DNA of 63,987 nucleotides, filler included, from Octopus bimaculoides (GCF_001194135.2; 7 parts of 7 records of this genome joined end to end with filler, not necessarily neighbours in it), one strand, 5' to 3'. Positions 37,812 to 52,158 are shown, numbered from the whole stretch's first letter. Made by a program: numbers and translations. Notes: generated by a model from the letters alone, not told the origin.

Positions 37812-40800
37812 TTTGGGGAAATTTTAAACCTGGGTTTCGATTTTTAAAGGAAACAAAAAGGTCAATAAATACTTGCAATTACATTTTTAATCAACCAGAT
37901 ATGAACCATGTTGTTGAACAATGCGTCTCCATCTTTCCTTTAACTTGATAATACCCTCTTCCCAGAATTGAGGTGGTTTCATGGCAAATAAATCGAAAGG
38001 TTAGCTACTATAAATCGACACCAACTTTTCGGACAACACAATACAACAGTGAATATAAAACGTCTCTTGTTGACAGAAAGACCGAATGATATTTCTTTTT
38101 GTTAAGATATGTTAAGATATCTTTTAACAGCATTATCGAAAGTTATTCAATTAGAAATTCTTCTTTTTATCTATTTCTTCTTTCCACTATATTTAGGTAT
38201 CTTATATTAATTGTACTTATATGGAAGTTAAATTCTGATTTTTCTTGAGTTTCACTGAATTGATGTTCCCAGGTTTTAGTTGAGCTTGAGTTATAGTGGA
38301 AAACACTTTTGCAATGTACAAGTTAGTACTATCGAATATGATGCTGTGCACTCATAAACCGTACGTCTGAAACAGTTATCTCGCATCTACCAAAGAGTAT
38401 ATGTCAGGTATAGAGTGTTAATCCATTGATACTTTGTCATTAAACAATATTTTAGATGGTGTTAAACAAAGTAAAAAAAAAATGCTTATGTATTGCCTTA
38501 AAGAACGAGAGCTTGCCTACAATGATCTACACAAATCATACACAATTTTAAAAAAGTCTATAAAAGATGTAATGTATAATATCACTTAGTAACAGACTTC
38601 TACCCTAGATAATCCTATTGAGAACTTCAATATAATCCTGCAGTAATTGATTTATTATTGTATACGTAAATCAGGAATTAGAAAAATGTCTCTAGATGTT
38701 ATCAGTAAACCTGCAATCCTTAATAATTTTATAGATTTCATAAAATTCATCAACTATAACATTTTTGATGCTTCCGTCAGACAGGCGTGCTGTGAATGTA
38801 ATGAAAAGAATTAAAACACACACGCGTATAGACATACGTATACGCGCGCACACATATACTGAGAAAGANNNNNNNNNNGGGGGAGAGGGGGGAGAGAGGG
38901 GAGAGAGAAATAGAGAGAAAGGGAAGTAGAGAGACGATATTAGACCATATGAAAACGATCAATATACTGTATGCAGAGAATTATTGACAGCTTTTAATAA
39001 AAGCAGAGTTAATTCTAGAAAAAGTGGGGGATAAGAAATTGGAACAGTAGAGAGAGTCAGTCGTGATTATAGTCGGGCTTAGCATATAAAATATCAGCAC
39101 ACAACATCATGTCTTAGAAGGTCTCTGGAAGTAGAGAACCCAACCCCGGTATACTGAAATATGAAGTAAGAGTACAAACCATCAGCTTGTATTATTTCTT
39201 GTAACTTGTATATATAAACTTAAATAATAAACTTGGATTAAACCCATTCATAGTTTTTTTTTTCTCTTACAGGTCCTGGCTAAGACAAACTGGTTGAGGT
39301 ATAATCCTGCAGTTGATTAACGATTTTCTAGGGCACTTTGCCTTCGTCTTTGAACTGTGAGTGTATAGAATAGTGCATGATAAATCACTTCTTTCTTTGA
39401 TTATACATTTGATTTGTCAACGAGATAATTACTATAACCGCGTTATTTTAAGGCAGAACATTCTATTGTAAGTATTTGGACTAGTTCTCGGATTTCCCGT
39501 GCTTTCCTTTTATTATGGATACGCTGAAATAAAAGGAAGCTTCGATAAATACGTAATGGCACCTTCTGCTTGAGTTTTCTAAATTCAGTTTTAGGATTAA
39601 TATGTTAATTCGTGAGGGAATTGAGTCCATATACCAATTGTATAAATGGTAATACTTCTAGGAATTTTCTCCATATATTATCGCTTTGCTCTAGAGTAAT
39701 GTAAAAGTCGTTCATTCTCTAACAGTTTACGTAACGTGAGCTCATTTTTTTATTATAAGAACTTTGAAATAAAATTATATTTTGCTATATATATAAATAT
39801 ATCAGGTTAATCCTACATTTACTCAAATTCATCAATGCTCACGTATTTACATAAATCTATTAATACACTATTTTGTATCATGTTAGATTTTAATCATACA
39901 CAACTAGAATACTTATCTTCGCTTTTCAAGAGATCAGGCATGCCAAACAGTTAATCATCTACAGTTATTTCTATACTATAATTAGAAAGTAAGCAATTTG
40001 CGCATTTATATTGTAGGTCACTAGCAATTTCGTTTCTCAGGCTTATTAAAGAAACATGCCTCGATTATTGAACTAGTGCGGGAGTCAAGCTTTCTCGTTG
40101 TGAAGTACACCTTGATGTGAGCTTTTTCTTCTTTTTAATTTTCAAGAAGTGGGTCAAAGACTCCTCCCGATATAGCAAAAATTACCAGATAACACCTTCA
40201 TGATATACTTTTTCAATTAGTCGATATCCGAATTAATTTTAACTAAGGACGACTTCCTACTTCAGTCGACTGTGGTATTACAAAATACTACTTTCACATT
40301 TTATCACAAGGCCAGCAATTTCGTGAGTCGGGTAAGTCGTTTACCTCGATCCCAGTGCTCAGCAGGTACTCATATTATCATCCTCGGAGTGATGGAAGGC
40401 AAAGTCGATTTTGACAGTATTCGAACTCAGAAAGTAAAGACGAATGAAATGCCAATAAGCATTTTATCCGACGTGGTAGTGATTCTGCGAGCTCGCCACA
40501 TTATGCAAGCATTCTAAAAGTTCATATTAAATAATATCATTTAAAACCAAAGAGATTCTGATATTGCCACGATAATGGTAGAGCATTTGAACATATTGCT
40601 TTGGGAAAAGGTTGTTTATAAAAAGTTGCATCTCACAAAGAAATTATTCACCTCTTTTTCTACCCAAGATAAAAAGCTTATCTGCTTAGAAATTGGCCGA
40701 ATAGATTAGATTACATAATGAATGTTCACAGAGTGTAAATGTGGTGTCTGGGATTCAGTTGCTAGCTCAAAGATATAACATCTCAGAAGATGGTGATGTT

Positions 40801-41339
40801 AGAAATTAAAAAATAATTGTCCGTATCTTCCATATTCATAGAATACAAAGGAAACATTTAAAAATCGATTGGTTTAAAAGGGTCACGTGGAAAACCGATT
40901 ATTCTATTAGAATTCCATGACAACAAAGTTTACTCATTTTCTCAGAAAGCACTAATGGAAAATTTCGAAAGAGTAGTTGAACTTTATTAATATGGGGATT
41001 GTAATTTTATGAATGATATTTTCTACAGAACAGTGTGTAGATATGAGAAAAATGGGTAGGTATAAGTAAAAGATGCGTTGATATGTGAAACGGTTCTCTT
41101 TTATAAATATATACAAACGTTAACTGTGCTTTATATTATACACATACTATATATATATAAAAAAAAACTACTATACATAACACATACTTGTGTATGGGTT
41201 TAAAAGCACATGTCTATGTACATTCTCAAGTATTCTGTATATGTGTCAAAAACAACTCCTTATGTATAAATGGAAAATATGGTACTTCAAAAAATATATT
41301 GTGATCACACATGCTTATACACATATTTATACGCTGCTT

Positions 41340-41374
<35 letters not shown>

Positions 41375-43074
41375 GTACACTTTAGTACACATCAGGTGTC
41401 ATTACCCTTTATGTGCACAAGTTGAATAGACTTCTCTGAAAATAGTTTTCTGAGAGACAATAAATAACTGAAGTATATTAGGTTATTTACAAGGAGTAAA
41501 ATTACTTAAATTTGAAATAGACTGCTTTATTGTAACATTACCATAAATTTAGTTATTAACTCATGTACAACATTTCCAGTAGAAATACGCACGCACCCAT
41601 GCAAGTACATATGCACACACACATACACAAAACCACATACGAATACACTCTCTAAATCGCAAACAAATTATCTGTCACCTCTCCCAAACTCTCTGTATCT
41701 CTCTCATCCACACAGTTTCTCTGTAAATGTATATATACAATATATGGTATATATATATTGCAGCGTCTGCACAATCGCTAGATGTATTCAAAATGGTCTA
41801 GAAACATTGACAAATCAAACTTTAAGGAAATGGAATATTATTTCAAATATAGAATACACAAACGTTTCTTCAACTTGAACAAAACCAGTAATTTTTAAGA
41901 ATTGGCTACTCGATTCCATCAACCCACATGCTCAACTAGTACTTATTCTGTCGACTCCGAAATAATGAAAAACTAAAGTTCATCTTGCTGGAATTGGAAC
42001 TCAGAACCTAAAAATCGATGAAGTGCCGCTAAGTATTTTTCCGGGTGCGCTTACCATTCGGCCAGGTCGCCGTCTTAAATAGAGAGCATACTTATGCTCA
42101 CAGTTATGTGATCAGGTTTCAGTTAAAGTTTCACAACCTTCCTAATACTCATACCACAATGACCAACGACAAAAACACCAGCAAGACTAAGAAGAACACC
42201 AGCAATTCAGTTTCTACTGCATGGTTTTATAGATGTTACATGGAACCTTTCGTTTACATTTTCTCGTTTTGTATATCGATTCTGAGTCTCTAGCTCGTTT
42301 AAATCTTTCTCTTGTCCTTTATGAGTATACGATGCTTACTTTACAACAAAGACATTCAATGGAATACTTGTAGCAGTAACAGATAACCCATTATTTTCTT
42401 TTAATTATGATATTAGGCCAACCCTAATGTGCCATTCTTCTTTGGATACAATTGGAGTTTGGATTACCAGACAAGTGTGAACTTCTGTGTTATGATAATG
42501 GATTACCTAACTGTCTTATCTGCGTGATTTGGTCGAGCTATTAATTGTGACGTGCTTCACTTTGATATACCCCAATCCTTAATGGATCCCTTTTAATCAA
42601 ATACACGTGCACACAGACACACACATACACATATATACACACATGCACACATTCACATATGCGCGTGCCTACCTTGCGAAAAGGCATTTTCTTTTGAAAC
42701 ATCATTACAGATAATAAGTTTGTGCACTCACTTTTATTATATTTTAAAATATATTCATATTTACACATTAATTTTCAGTTGATGTCCATATAGGGAATTG
42801 ATTGTTCGGGCATTTTCTTTTACATGAAATGAAATGGGCAACTGATGTTTCCCTATATATTTTTGTACCTTCGCAAGAAAAACACTGACCAATTGTTAAG
42901 TTGCCCGAATTTGTCCATCCTTGATCCCTTAGTCATGGGATGCATGAGCAAATTTTTGGTAATTCGACATTACTCTATATTCCTACAGATATACACATAT
43001 TTATATATTATATGTATGTTTGTATGTATGTATGTATGTATGTGTGTATATATATATATATATGTGTGTCTGTA

Positions 43075-43087
43075 AGATCGGAAGAGC
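43075..43087 (+). other. Illumina adapter remnant
   Basis: AGATCGGAAGAGC immediately before an N gap. Confidence 0.9.
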
Positions 43088-43191
43088 NNNNNNNNNNNNN
43101 NNNNNNNNNNNNNNNNNNNNNNNNNNNNNNNNNNNNNNNNNNNNNNNNNNNNNNNNNNNNNNNNNNNNNNNNNNNNNNNNNNNNNNNNNNN

Positions 43192-43254
<63 letters not shown>

Positions 43255-44549
43255 ATGTGTGCTTCTATATATGTATATACGTGCATGAATGTGCACGCTC
43301 GCGCTATATAGCATTAAAGTGTTTAAAGTGATATTTAATATCGACCGATTTAAAATGATTGAAAATGCGCAATGCGTTAATAGCCAGGGAAAGTATAATA
43401 TATTTAAAATATCAAAGAATAAGAAAAAATAAAACTTCATCTATTCCTCTATTATCATGTCAAAGAAGAGAATTACGAAACGTTATGGGACATAACCAAA
43501 ATATAATTACTATTTCTATATGTCTAGATTGCTTCTTACTTTCAATAATCTTTTTGTACCATTTATTAAATGAATAGTTAATGTAACGACTATATAGACA
43601 TCATTATACACACATACATATATATATACATATACATATATTGATAGATGAATAGATAGACAGATTGTTCGATAGATAGACTTATTTATTTTTATATCAC
43701 AATATATAAGAAATAGCGTCGTTTGCTACAGGTTTCCAATGCTCTGATCAATACTTTCACTGCATAGCTAACAGTATAAGTGACGGAGTTGCGGCACGTT
43801 GATAAAACAGAGAACGATTTTTATGTGCTCCTTGTTTTATCTTTAATGATTTTATAGCGAAATTAAAGTGACATTTTTTCTAGTAGTTGTATATTAAATT
43901 AATATTTTCTATGTGTTATGTTCTGAGTTCAAATTCCGCCGAGGTCTACTTTGCCTTTCATCCTTTCGGGGTCGATAAATGAAGTACCAGTTGCGTACTG
44001 TAGTCGATCAAATCTAACCTTTCCCCAAAAATTTCGAGCTTCGAGCCTAGAGTAGAAAAGAATACTTTCTGTATGTATTTGTGTACACCTGATATTGTGC
44101 GTTCGATTCTTGCTTAGACTATATTGATTTACTTATTTCGGATGGAGAATTGAAGAGATTTAGTAACTGCATATTATTGTGATCAGTGATATCAATTCTG
44201 CTCATGGAAATAAAGATTCCCATACAAATGATAAAAATTATTCTTATTATTTGCTTTGGTATATTCTATATAAAACTTCTATTGCACGAAAGTGTGATAT
44301 CTAATTATATAAATCCCTGTTCATTGCCGGCAAAACATGTACTTACACATATTTGCTCACACATAGACATATACATACGTACCTACCTAACAACCAGCCT
44401 ATACATATATCTATACATGCATGTATCTATTTAATTATTTATCTTTCAATACATACGTACATACATACATACATACATATATACTAATACATCCTTTTGT
44501 TGTTTACACCACCTGTCCTCGTCTGTTGTTGTTTTTTCGTACATTCTCC

Positions 44550-44601
<52 letters not shown>

Positions 44602-45489
44602 NNNNNNNNNNNNNNNNNNNNNNNNNNNNNNNNNNNNNNNNNNNNNNNNNNNNNNNNNNNNNNNNNNNNNNNNNNNNNNNNNNNNNNNNNNNNNNNNNNN
44701 NNNNNNNNNNNNNNNNNNNNNNNNNNNNNNNNNNNNNNNNNNNNNNNNNTACGTTACTATGTATGTAGCATGCATGCATGTGTGCATGTATGTATGTATG
44801 TATGTATGTATGTATATGGTGCAATTTACAGTGCAATTTAAAATTTTAATTGGTCATAAAATAACCTGCATTTCGAAATTTGTGCGTTCCTGTGGAAATG
44901 AATAAAGAGTATATTTAAAAATTAAAACAAAACATGATGTTGTTTGTAAGTTATTTAATTACGCCTTTTTACGACTGTTCTGTTCACAAAAATTCATTAT
45001 TTATATCATGAGAACCCCATAATCAAAATGTTTCGTTAACTTTTAGAGACATGTAAACATTATTTTACATGTAACACACTCGTAACGTGATTCTGGAGGT
45101 GTAGACAGAAGTAACCATTGCAGATGACGACAAGGTTAGTTGTTATCTCTACGATGGCTTTTTCCATCGACATATCAAAGGTTTGTAACATTATGCATGG
45201 ATGGTACATATCTCTGAAAACTGGATAACGCTCTTTGACTATATAATTTACACGATGTAACTAACATTTTTTTGCAATGAGAATACCTGCATTGGTGTAA
45301 CTCGATATATTATAAACAACTTACGATATTTACCATATTTTGCTTAATTTCATGCACATATATCTGTTTCATGTCTGTGTATGTGTATTTGAGTTTCTTT
45401 GAGTGTGTTTAATGCGTGCCTATATATACATGTATGCATAAATACATACACACACATGTATAAATAAATACGTAGTGCACATACATAAA

Positions 45490-45684
45490 CACGAGGTAGT
45501 ACTGAAAAGTTCCTGTGTTTGGGTAAAAGAAAATGCAGGAGGATCAGTTCCATTCAACATATTCTCCTCTCTGATTCACACGCTTATTGCAGCAGTACTT
45601 CAGTTTTTCTAAGCCCTGTATGTTGGACCAGCCAGGCGTTTTGCGATACACTTAAAGCCAGGAATATTTCAGCAGCCCCTTATA
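45490..45684. mobile_element. mariner-type MITE
   Basis: Left ACGAGGTAGTACTGAAAAGTTCCTG and right CAGGAATATTTCAGCAGCCCCTTAT form imperfect TIRs. Interior is similar to 1790-1900. Confidence 0.6.
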
Positions 45685-46639
45685 TATGTGTTTTTTTTCT
45701 GGCTATTTTAGTTTATCCTACAAATTTTGTATATATTTTGGAGCCAGTACTGAGAGTTACGACTTTTCGTATACGAATACGTCGATGAAAATAATGTAAT
45801 CAAAGATAGACGAGTAGATAATGGATGAATATGCATATTTCAAAGTGATTGTTCATTCTTAAAAGTTTAGTTGAGTGACACTATTGGAAAGAACAATTTT
45901 TCATATCAAACAAATTCCTGGCAACTTGTACTTACAGAATTAGTTGCTGGTATGAATACCGTATTTCGTTTGGAAACCATAATATACTACCAAGTATATT
46001 AAAGGTTTAGAAATCAATACTGTGTCCTGTATTTTGTTAGGGATGCATTGTTTTATGTTTTTTTATATTTTAAGTGTAACTCTTCATACTTTACTCTACT
46101 AAACTGTGCCCAAAACAGTCACAGCTGCCATTAATATTGGTTTAAAGTTTTAAACAAGGCCAGCAAATTCAGTGGGATAAATTAAGTCGATTACATCGAC
46201 TCAAGTTTTTAACTGACACTTATGTTATCGACCATTTGAAAAAATTGTGGGGACGGGACTTGTCAATTACACTGATTGAGGTTACTTGACTGGTACTCTC
46301 GGCCACGAAAGGATGACAGGCAAAATCGACTGCAGCGGAAATTGAAGTCAGATCGGAAAGATGAACGAAATGCCACCAAACACCTTGCCAAGGATTCTAC
46401 TAGCTTATTACCTTAATATTAATATTACTTTCAAATTTTAGTACCAGGCCAGCAATATTCGGAGAGGGATTAGTCGATTACATCAACCCCAGACATGAAT
46501 TTATTCATATTTTATCACCTTGAACGTGACACTTCGTCTTTCTTTACTCTCTGATTTCATCCATTCGGAGTCGATAAAATAAGTACTGATTGAGCACTGT
46601 AATCGAGATAATCGACTTAGCACTTCTGCGAAATTGTCT

Positions 46640-46900
46640 GTGCTTTGAGTCCTTAGATTCTCAGCAATTGCTGCGATTTTGCCTTTTCTATTTCTTTTGC
46701 GTTTAGTTTAACCCAGTATTTGCCTTGAAGAGGTTTTTCTTGTCATCGTATTATCATGATCCGTTACCGTTCCAATTTATTTTGGATTTTATTTGTTTTA
46801 CAGCTCTTTTTTTGTTTCTCCATTTTCTGCATAGTTGCTTCTTATTTGTATTTGTCAACTTCCTTAAAGACTGAAAACAGTTTTTTTTTGTTTTAGAATA
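46640..46900 (-). mobile_element. Inverted copy of an internal segment of the adjacent R4/Dong LINE
   Basis: Diverged reverse complement of ~47045-47320, e.g. TTTGCGTTTAGTTTAACCCAGTATTT versus AAATACTGGGTTAAACTAAACGCAAA. Confidence 0.8.
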
Positions 46901-46909
46901 CACCACCCA

Positions 46910-48278
46910 CACACAATCTGACACACAACGTATAGAAGGTAGTGCAGGCCTCATACAGCTAGAAAACTATTACAAAATATCCACCATAGGCCTACAAAAA
47001 TATCTATTTCAGAAGCAGCAAAAACTAATACAAATAGCTACAAAACACGAACAAAACAAAGAATTGCTTCAGTCTTTAAGGAAGTTGATAAATACCAAAA
47101 AAAGTCATAGTACCTAGCAAATATGAAGAAAAAGAAGAAACAAGAAAAGCTGTAAAATAACTACAATCCATAATGAACTGGAACAGTAACGGATCATGAT
47201 AAAACGATGGCAAGAAATGACCCTCCATGAAAATACTGGGTTAAACTAAACGCAAAAGAAATAGACAAAGCAAAATCGCTTCAATGGCTGAGAATCTCAG
47301 GACTCAATGCAGAGACTGAAAGATTTTTAATTGCAGCATAAGACCAAAGCCTTTTCACCAGAAATTACCAAAAACATATAATGAAAAGAAGCAAAGCAAG
47401 TAACTGCAGAATGTGTGGAGCTGGACAAGAAACAATACACATTTGTGCCTCTGGCTGCCCAGTCCTGGCTAAGAAGGAATATATTCACAGTTGGGACCTG
47501 TATATACTGAAAGCTGTGCCAGTACTATGGAATAACAACAGAAAAAAGATGGTAAAGCACACGTCAGAAAAGGTCCCANNNNNNNNNNCAGCACTATGGA
47601 ATAACAACAGAAAAAAGATGGTAAAGCACACGTCAGAAAAGGTCCCAGTAAATGAGAAAGCAACCATACTATGGGATATTCCAATACACACAGATACAGA
47701 AATTAAGGCCAATAGGCCGGATATATTTGTCAAAGATCATGAAATAAAATGTTCTCTTATCGATGTATCAATAGCAACAGATGGCAACGTTACTCTGAAA
47801 GAAATTGGAAAACTTTCAAAATACAATGACCTGGAAATAGATGTAACTCGAATGTCGATTCTAAAAACAGATACAATTTCTATCATAAAGCGTATTAGGT
47901 ATGATACAAAAAATATTCAGACAAATAGATAACAAAAACACAGGGACTATCAAATATATAAAGGGTATCCACAAAGTCTAGGTACATAAAGTGAATAAAA
48001 CCATAACATAAGTAATTGAATATAAGAAATTATAATTTCTGAAAGTATGTGTTAATCCCCATGTACCCAGACTTTGTGGACTCCCTGTATATATCATACA
48101 GAAAATAGCACTACTAGGCACCCCACACATCCTACGTAAAACACTTACAGCATCACAACTAGAGCGTAACAATTAGAACATCACGACTTAGAACAGCACA
48201 TACCCAAGGTACACAGAGTTGCGTTCAGTAGTGCAGTGAAAGTATGTGAAAAAATCAAGACTACAGAATAATAATAAT
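46910..48278 (+). mobile_element. R4/Dong-clade (RLE) non-LTR retrotransposon, 3' portion, degenerate
   Basis: GLIQLENYYKISTIGLQKYL; zinc knuckle CRMC...ETIHI..GC; WDIPIHTDTEIKANRPDI ... KLSKYNDLEI (PD-(D/E)xK endonuclease); (TAA)n tail at 48267-48278. Confidence 0.85.
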
Positions 48279-48556
48279 TCCTTATTCTTTATTCTTTTAC
48301 TTGTTTCAGTCATTTGACTGCGGCCATGCTGGAGCACCGCCTTTAGTCGAGCAACTCGACCCCAAGGCTACAGCTGAAGACACTTGCCCAAGGTGCCACG
48401 CAATGAGACTGAACCCAGAACCATATTGTTGGTAAACAAGCTACTTTCCATACAGCCACTCCTGCGGCGATGGTAATTATAACAATAATGATAATAATGA
48501 TGATAATCATAATAATAACAAGAAAAAAAACATGATAATAATAATAATAATGATAA

Positions 48557-49954
48557 AGAACACCGGGGATGTTAGAACACCGGGGATGTTTAACATGTGA
48601 GAACGATAAATCACTGCTCCGAAACTTATCCAAAAACATCGGAAATAAAGACATCGCATGGAGCCAAAAAATAGCTGACAAAGGGCTGGACTATATCCGA
48701 GTAAGTAATACTCATTGAAATTTATTTCTATTTTTCCAAATATAATGATGTATTTTAACTTGATACCTCCACTACCCGCACAGCGATCGTAAACACACGT
48801 GTTACATCAAAACCAGACCATCTTCGAACCCAAAAACACCATGTACAAAAAAATTACAAACAGATTAAATAACACCGGTATTATTCCACCCAAGAATAAC
48901 AACCGAGAAGTGCGTACTGTAAGCTTGTTACGAAAGAAGTACGAAGAGCTGAACGTGCAAAACAATCTGACAACAGAAATGATCGAACCGGTACCCTACG
49001 AAAACGATGACCGTCAAAATAAAGGGCCGGACGTTGTTCCTCATGTCCCATAAACAAAACGAAAACGGTATAAATGGACACGTGAGGAATACATTTCGAT
49101 CCAACACGCCTATTTCACAGCAGTGCTCTACCCAAAAAACGAAAACGCAACAACACATACATATAAAATATGGAAGAAAAATAATGTAAATATAGACCTC
49201 GATAAAACAATGAACCCTAACAAACTAGCTAACATAAGAAGATATATTCTAAAAGCAAAAAAATTAAAAGGAAAAATACATCAGGAAAATCTAGATGGTA
49301 GTCACACAGCTATGCCAAATAATAATATCAACACTGAGATAGCAAAACACGAGGACAAACGTAACATTTCCGGCAAAAACGAAGTAAACAAAAAACAACA
49401 AACCCAGACCGTAGAGATGTATAATAGTGTACAAAAAGCACCAATCCAGAATACCACATACAAACATATGAATGAAAAGGAAGGCAAAACAAATCTAAAG
49501 CCTAGGAATAACTAAGGGAAACCTAATAATTACGATACTATGAAAATGAAAATAACCGAAGAACTGAAAACCACAGATCTTAGAATAGACAATAAAACAT
49601 CAATAATAAATAGCATAAACCTGGCCGTCACGGAACTAACAACCACAAAAACAACAGGCAATATCACTGAGCTAAATGACATAATATATGCGGCAGCCAC
49701 TGCAGCTAGAATAGAAGCAGGGTACTCACTCAAACCAATCCGAACAGTAGTTCTACCAACCAAACAGACCTTGTGGATAAATAACATCCAGAACAAAATT
49801 TAAAAAAAGAGAAAAGATTTATCGATTCTCAACGAAATTAATAAACAATCAACACAACTAAGTAACAAGAAGAAAAAAAAATACTGTACAAATACACCTT
49901 CTACCTGTACAAATACAGCATTACAGAAAAAGACTTACCTGAGGCAAAGGAAAA
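48557..49954 (+). mobile_element. R4/Dong-clade LINE, 5' portion of a second copy, degenerate
   Basis: KRKRYKWTREEYISIQHAYF...NKLANIRRYIL and ITELNDIIYAAA...WINNIQNKI match N-terminal motifs of this clade. Preceded by (TAA)n, broken by stops, truncated at the 49955 join. Confidence 0.75.
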
Positions 49955-50895
49955 NNNNNNNNNNNNNNNNNNNNNNNNNNNNNNNNNNNNNNNNNNNNTT
50001 AATTAATTAANNNNNNNNNNNNNNNNNNNNNNNNNNNNNNNNNNNNNNNNNNNNTATATATATATATATATATATAATCATCATCATCATCGTTTAACGT
50101 CCGCTTTCCATGCTAGCATGGGTTGGACGATTTGACTGAGGACTGGTGAAACCAGATGGCTACACCAGGCTCCAATCTGATTTGGCAGAGTTTCTACAGC
50201 TGGATGCCCTTCCTAACGCCAACCACTCAGAGAGTGTAGTGGGTGCTTTTACGTGCAACTGGCAAGAAGGCCAGTCAGGCGGAACTGACAATGGCCATGA
50301 TAATAATAATAATGATTTTAAAATTTGGCACAAGGCCAGCAATATTAGGGAAGGGTGTAAATTGATTACATCAACCTCAGTATTCATTCAACTGGTACTT
50401 ATTTTATGAACCTCAAAACGATGAAAAGTTAAGTCAGCCTTGGCAGAATTTGAACTCAGAATGTCAAGATGGGAAAAATGTGGTGCTAAACATTCTGCCT
50501 GGCATGCTATCAACTCCTTCAACTCACCACCCTAATAATATTAATGATGATGATGATGATGATGACAATGATGACTATTAATAATAATAATCATCATCAT
50601 CATTTAACGTCCGCTTTCCATGCTGGCATGGGTTGGACGGTTTGACTGAGGACTGGTGAAACCGGATGGCAACACCAGGCTCCTATCTGATCTGGCAAAG
50701 TTTCTACAGTTGGATGCCCTTCCTAATGCCAACCACTCAGAGAGTGTAGTGGGTTCTTTTATGTGCCACCAGCACAAGGACCAGTCAGACAGTTCTGGCA
50801 ACAACCACACTCAAAAGGTGTTTTCACATCAATGCCAGGGCTTTACTATTCCTTATTTTATTGACCCCTAATTTTTCTGGATTGTTCTTCCACAG

Positions 50896-50986
50896 AATTT
50901 GGACTTAACAGATGCCGGCGTCTATCGTTGTAATGCTAGTAACAAGTTTGGAATGGTCTCAGCAACAAGGACACTAATAGTCCGAC
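50896..50986 (+). CDS. Ig (I-set) domain exon, C-terminal half; L1/neuroglian-like cell adhesion protein
   Basis: TTGTTCTTCCACAG acceptor and GTGAGT donor (50987). [30 protein letters not shown] carries the D-x-G-x-Y-x-C-x-A-x-N-x-x-G signature. Phase 0/1. Family assignment within IgSF is inference. Confidence 0.85.
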
Positions 50987-52035
50987 GTGAGTATATCTGT
51001 TCGTTGTTTTTCCATTGTAGTTTCCATCTACCAAATCCACTCACAAGGCTTTTTGGTCGGCCCAAGGCTATAGTAGAAAGCGCTTGCCCAAGGTGCCATG
51101 CAGTGGGACTGAACTTGGAACTATATGGTTGGGAAGCAAACTTCTTACCATACAGGCATGCCTATATATATGCATATATATATATACACATATATATACA
51201 TATATATATATACACATATATATACATATATATATATACACATATATATATACACATATATATACATATATATATATACACATATATATATACACATATA
51301 TATACATATATATACACATATATATATACACATATATATATACACATATATATATACACATATATATATACACATATATATACACATATATATATACACA
51401 TATATATATACATATATATATATACACATATATATATATATACACATATATATATACATATATATATATACACATATATATATATATATATATACNNNNN
51501 NNNNNNNNNNNNNNNNNNNNNNNNNNNNNNNNNNNNNNNNNNNNNNNNNNNNNNNNNNNNNNNNNNNNNNNNNNNNNNNNNNNNNNNNNNNNNNNNNNNN
51601 NNNNNNNNNNNNNNNNNNNNNNNNNNNNNNNNNNNNNNNNNNNNNNNNNNNNNNNNNNNNNNNNNNNNNNNNNNNNNNNNNNNNNNNNNNNNNNNNNNNN
51701 NNNNNNNNNNNNNNNNNNNNNNNNNNNNNNNNNNNNNNNNNNNNNNNNNNNNNNNNNNNNNNNNNNNNNNNNNNNNNNNNNNNNNNNNNNNNNNNNNNNN
51801 NNNNNNNNNNNNNNNNNNNNNNNNNNNNNNNNNNNNNNNNNNNNNNNNNNNNNNNNNNNNNNNNNNNNNNNNNNNNNNNNNNNNNNNNNNNNNNNNNNNN
51901 NNNNNNNNNNNNNNNNNNNNNNNNNNNNNNNNNNNNNNNNNNNNNNNNNNNNNNNNNNNNNNNNNNNNNNNNNNNNNNNNNNNNNNNNNNNNNNNNNNNN
52001 NNNNNNNNNNNNNNNNNNNNNNNNNNNNNNNNNNN

Positions 52036-52080
<45 letters not shown>

Positions 52081-52123
52081 CATATATATATGCATATATA
52101 CATACATGCATATATACATATGT

Positions 52124-52158
<35 letters not shown>

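Noticed and set aside
40732-40809. SVNVVSGIQLLAQRYNISEDGDVRN*, similar to the first half of an Ig domain (RY.I..DG.L.I) that would precede the 50896 exon
   Set aside because: Conserved Trp is out of frame, it ends in a stop with no usable donor, needs two frameshifts, and lies in a different assembly block.
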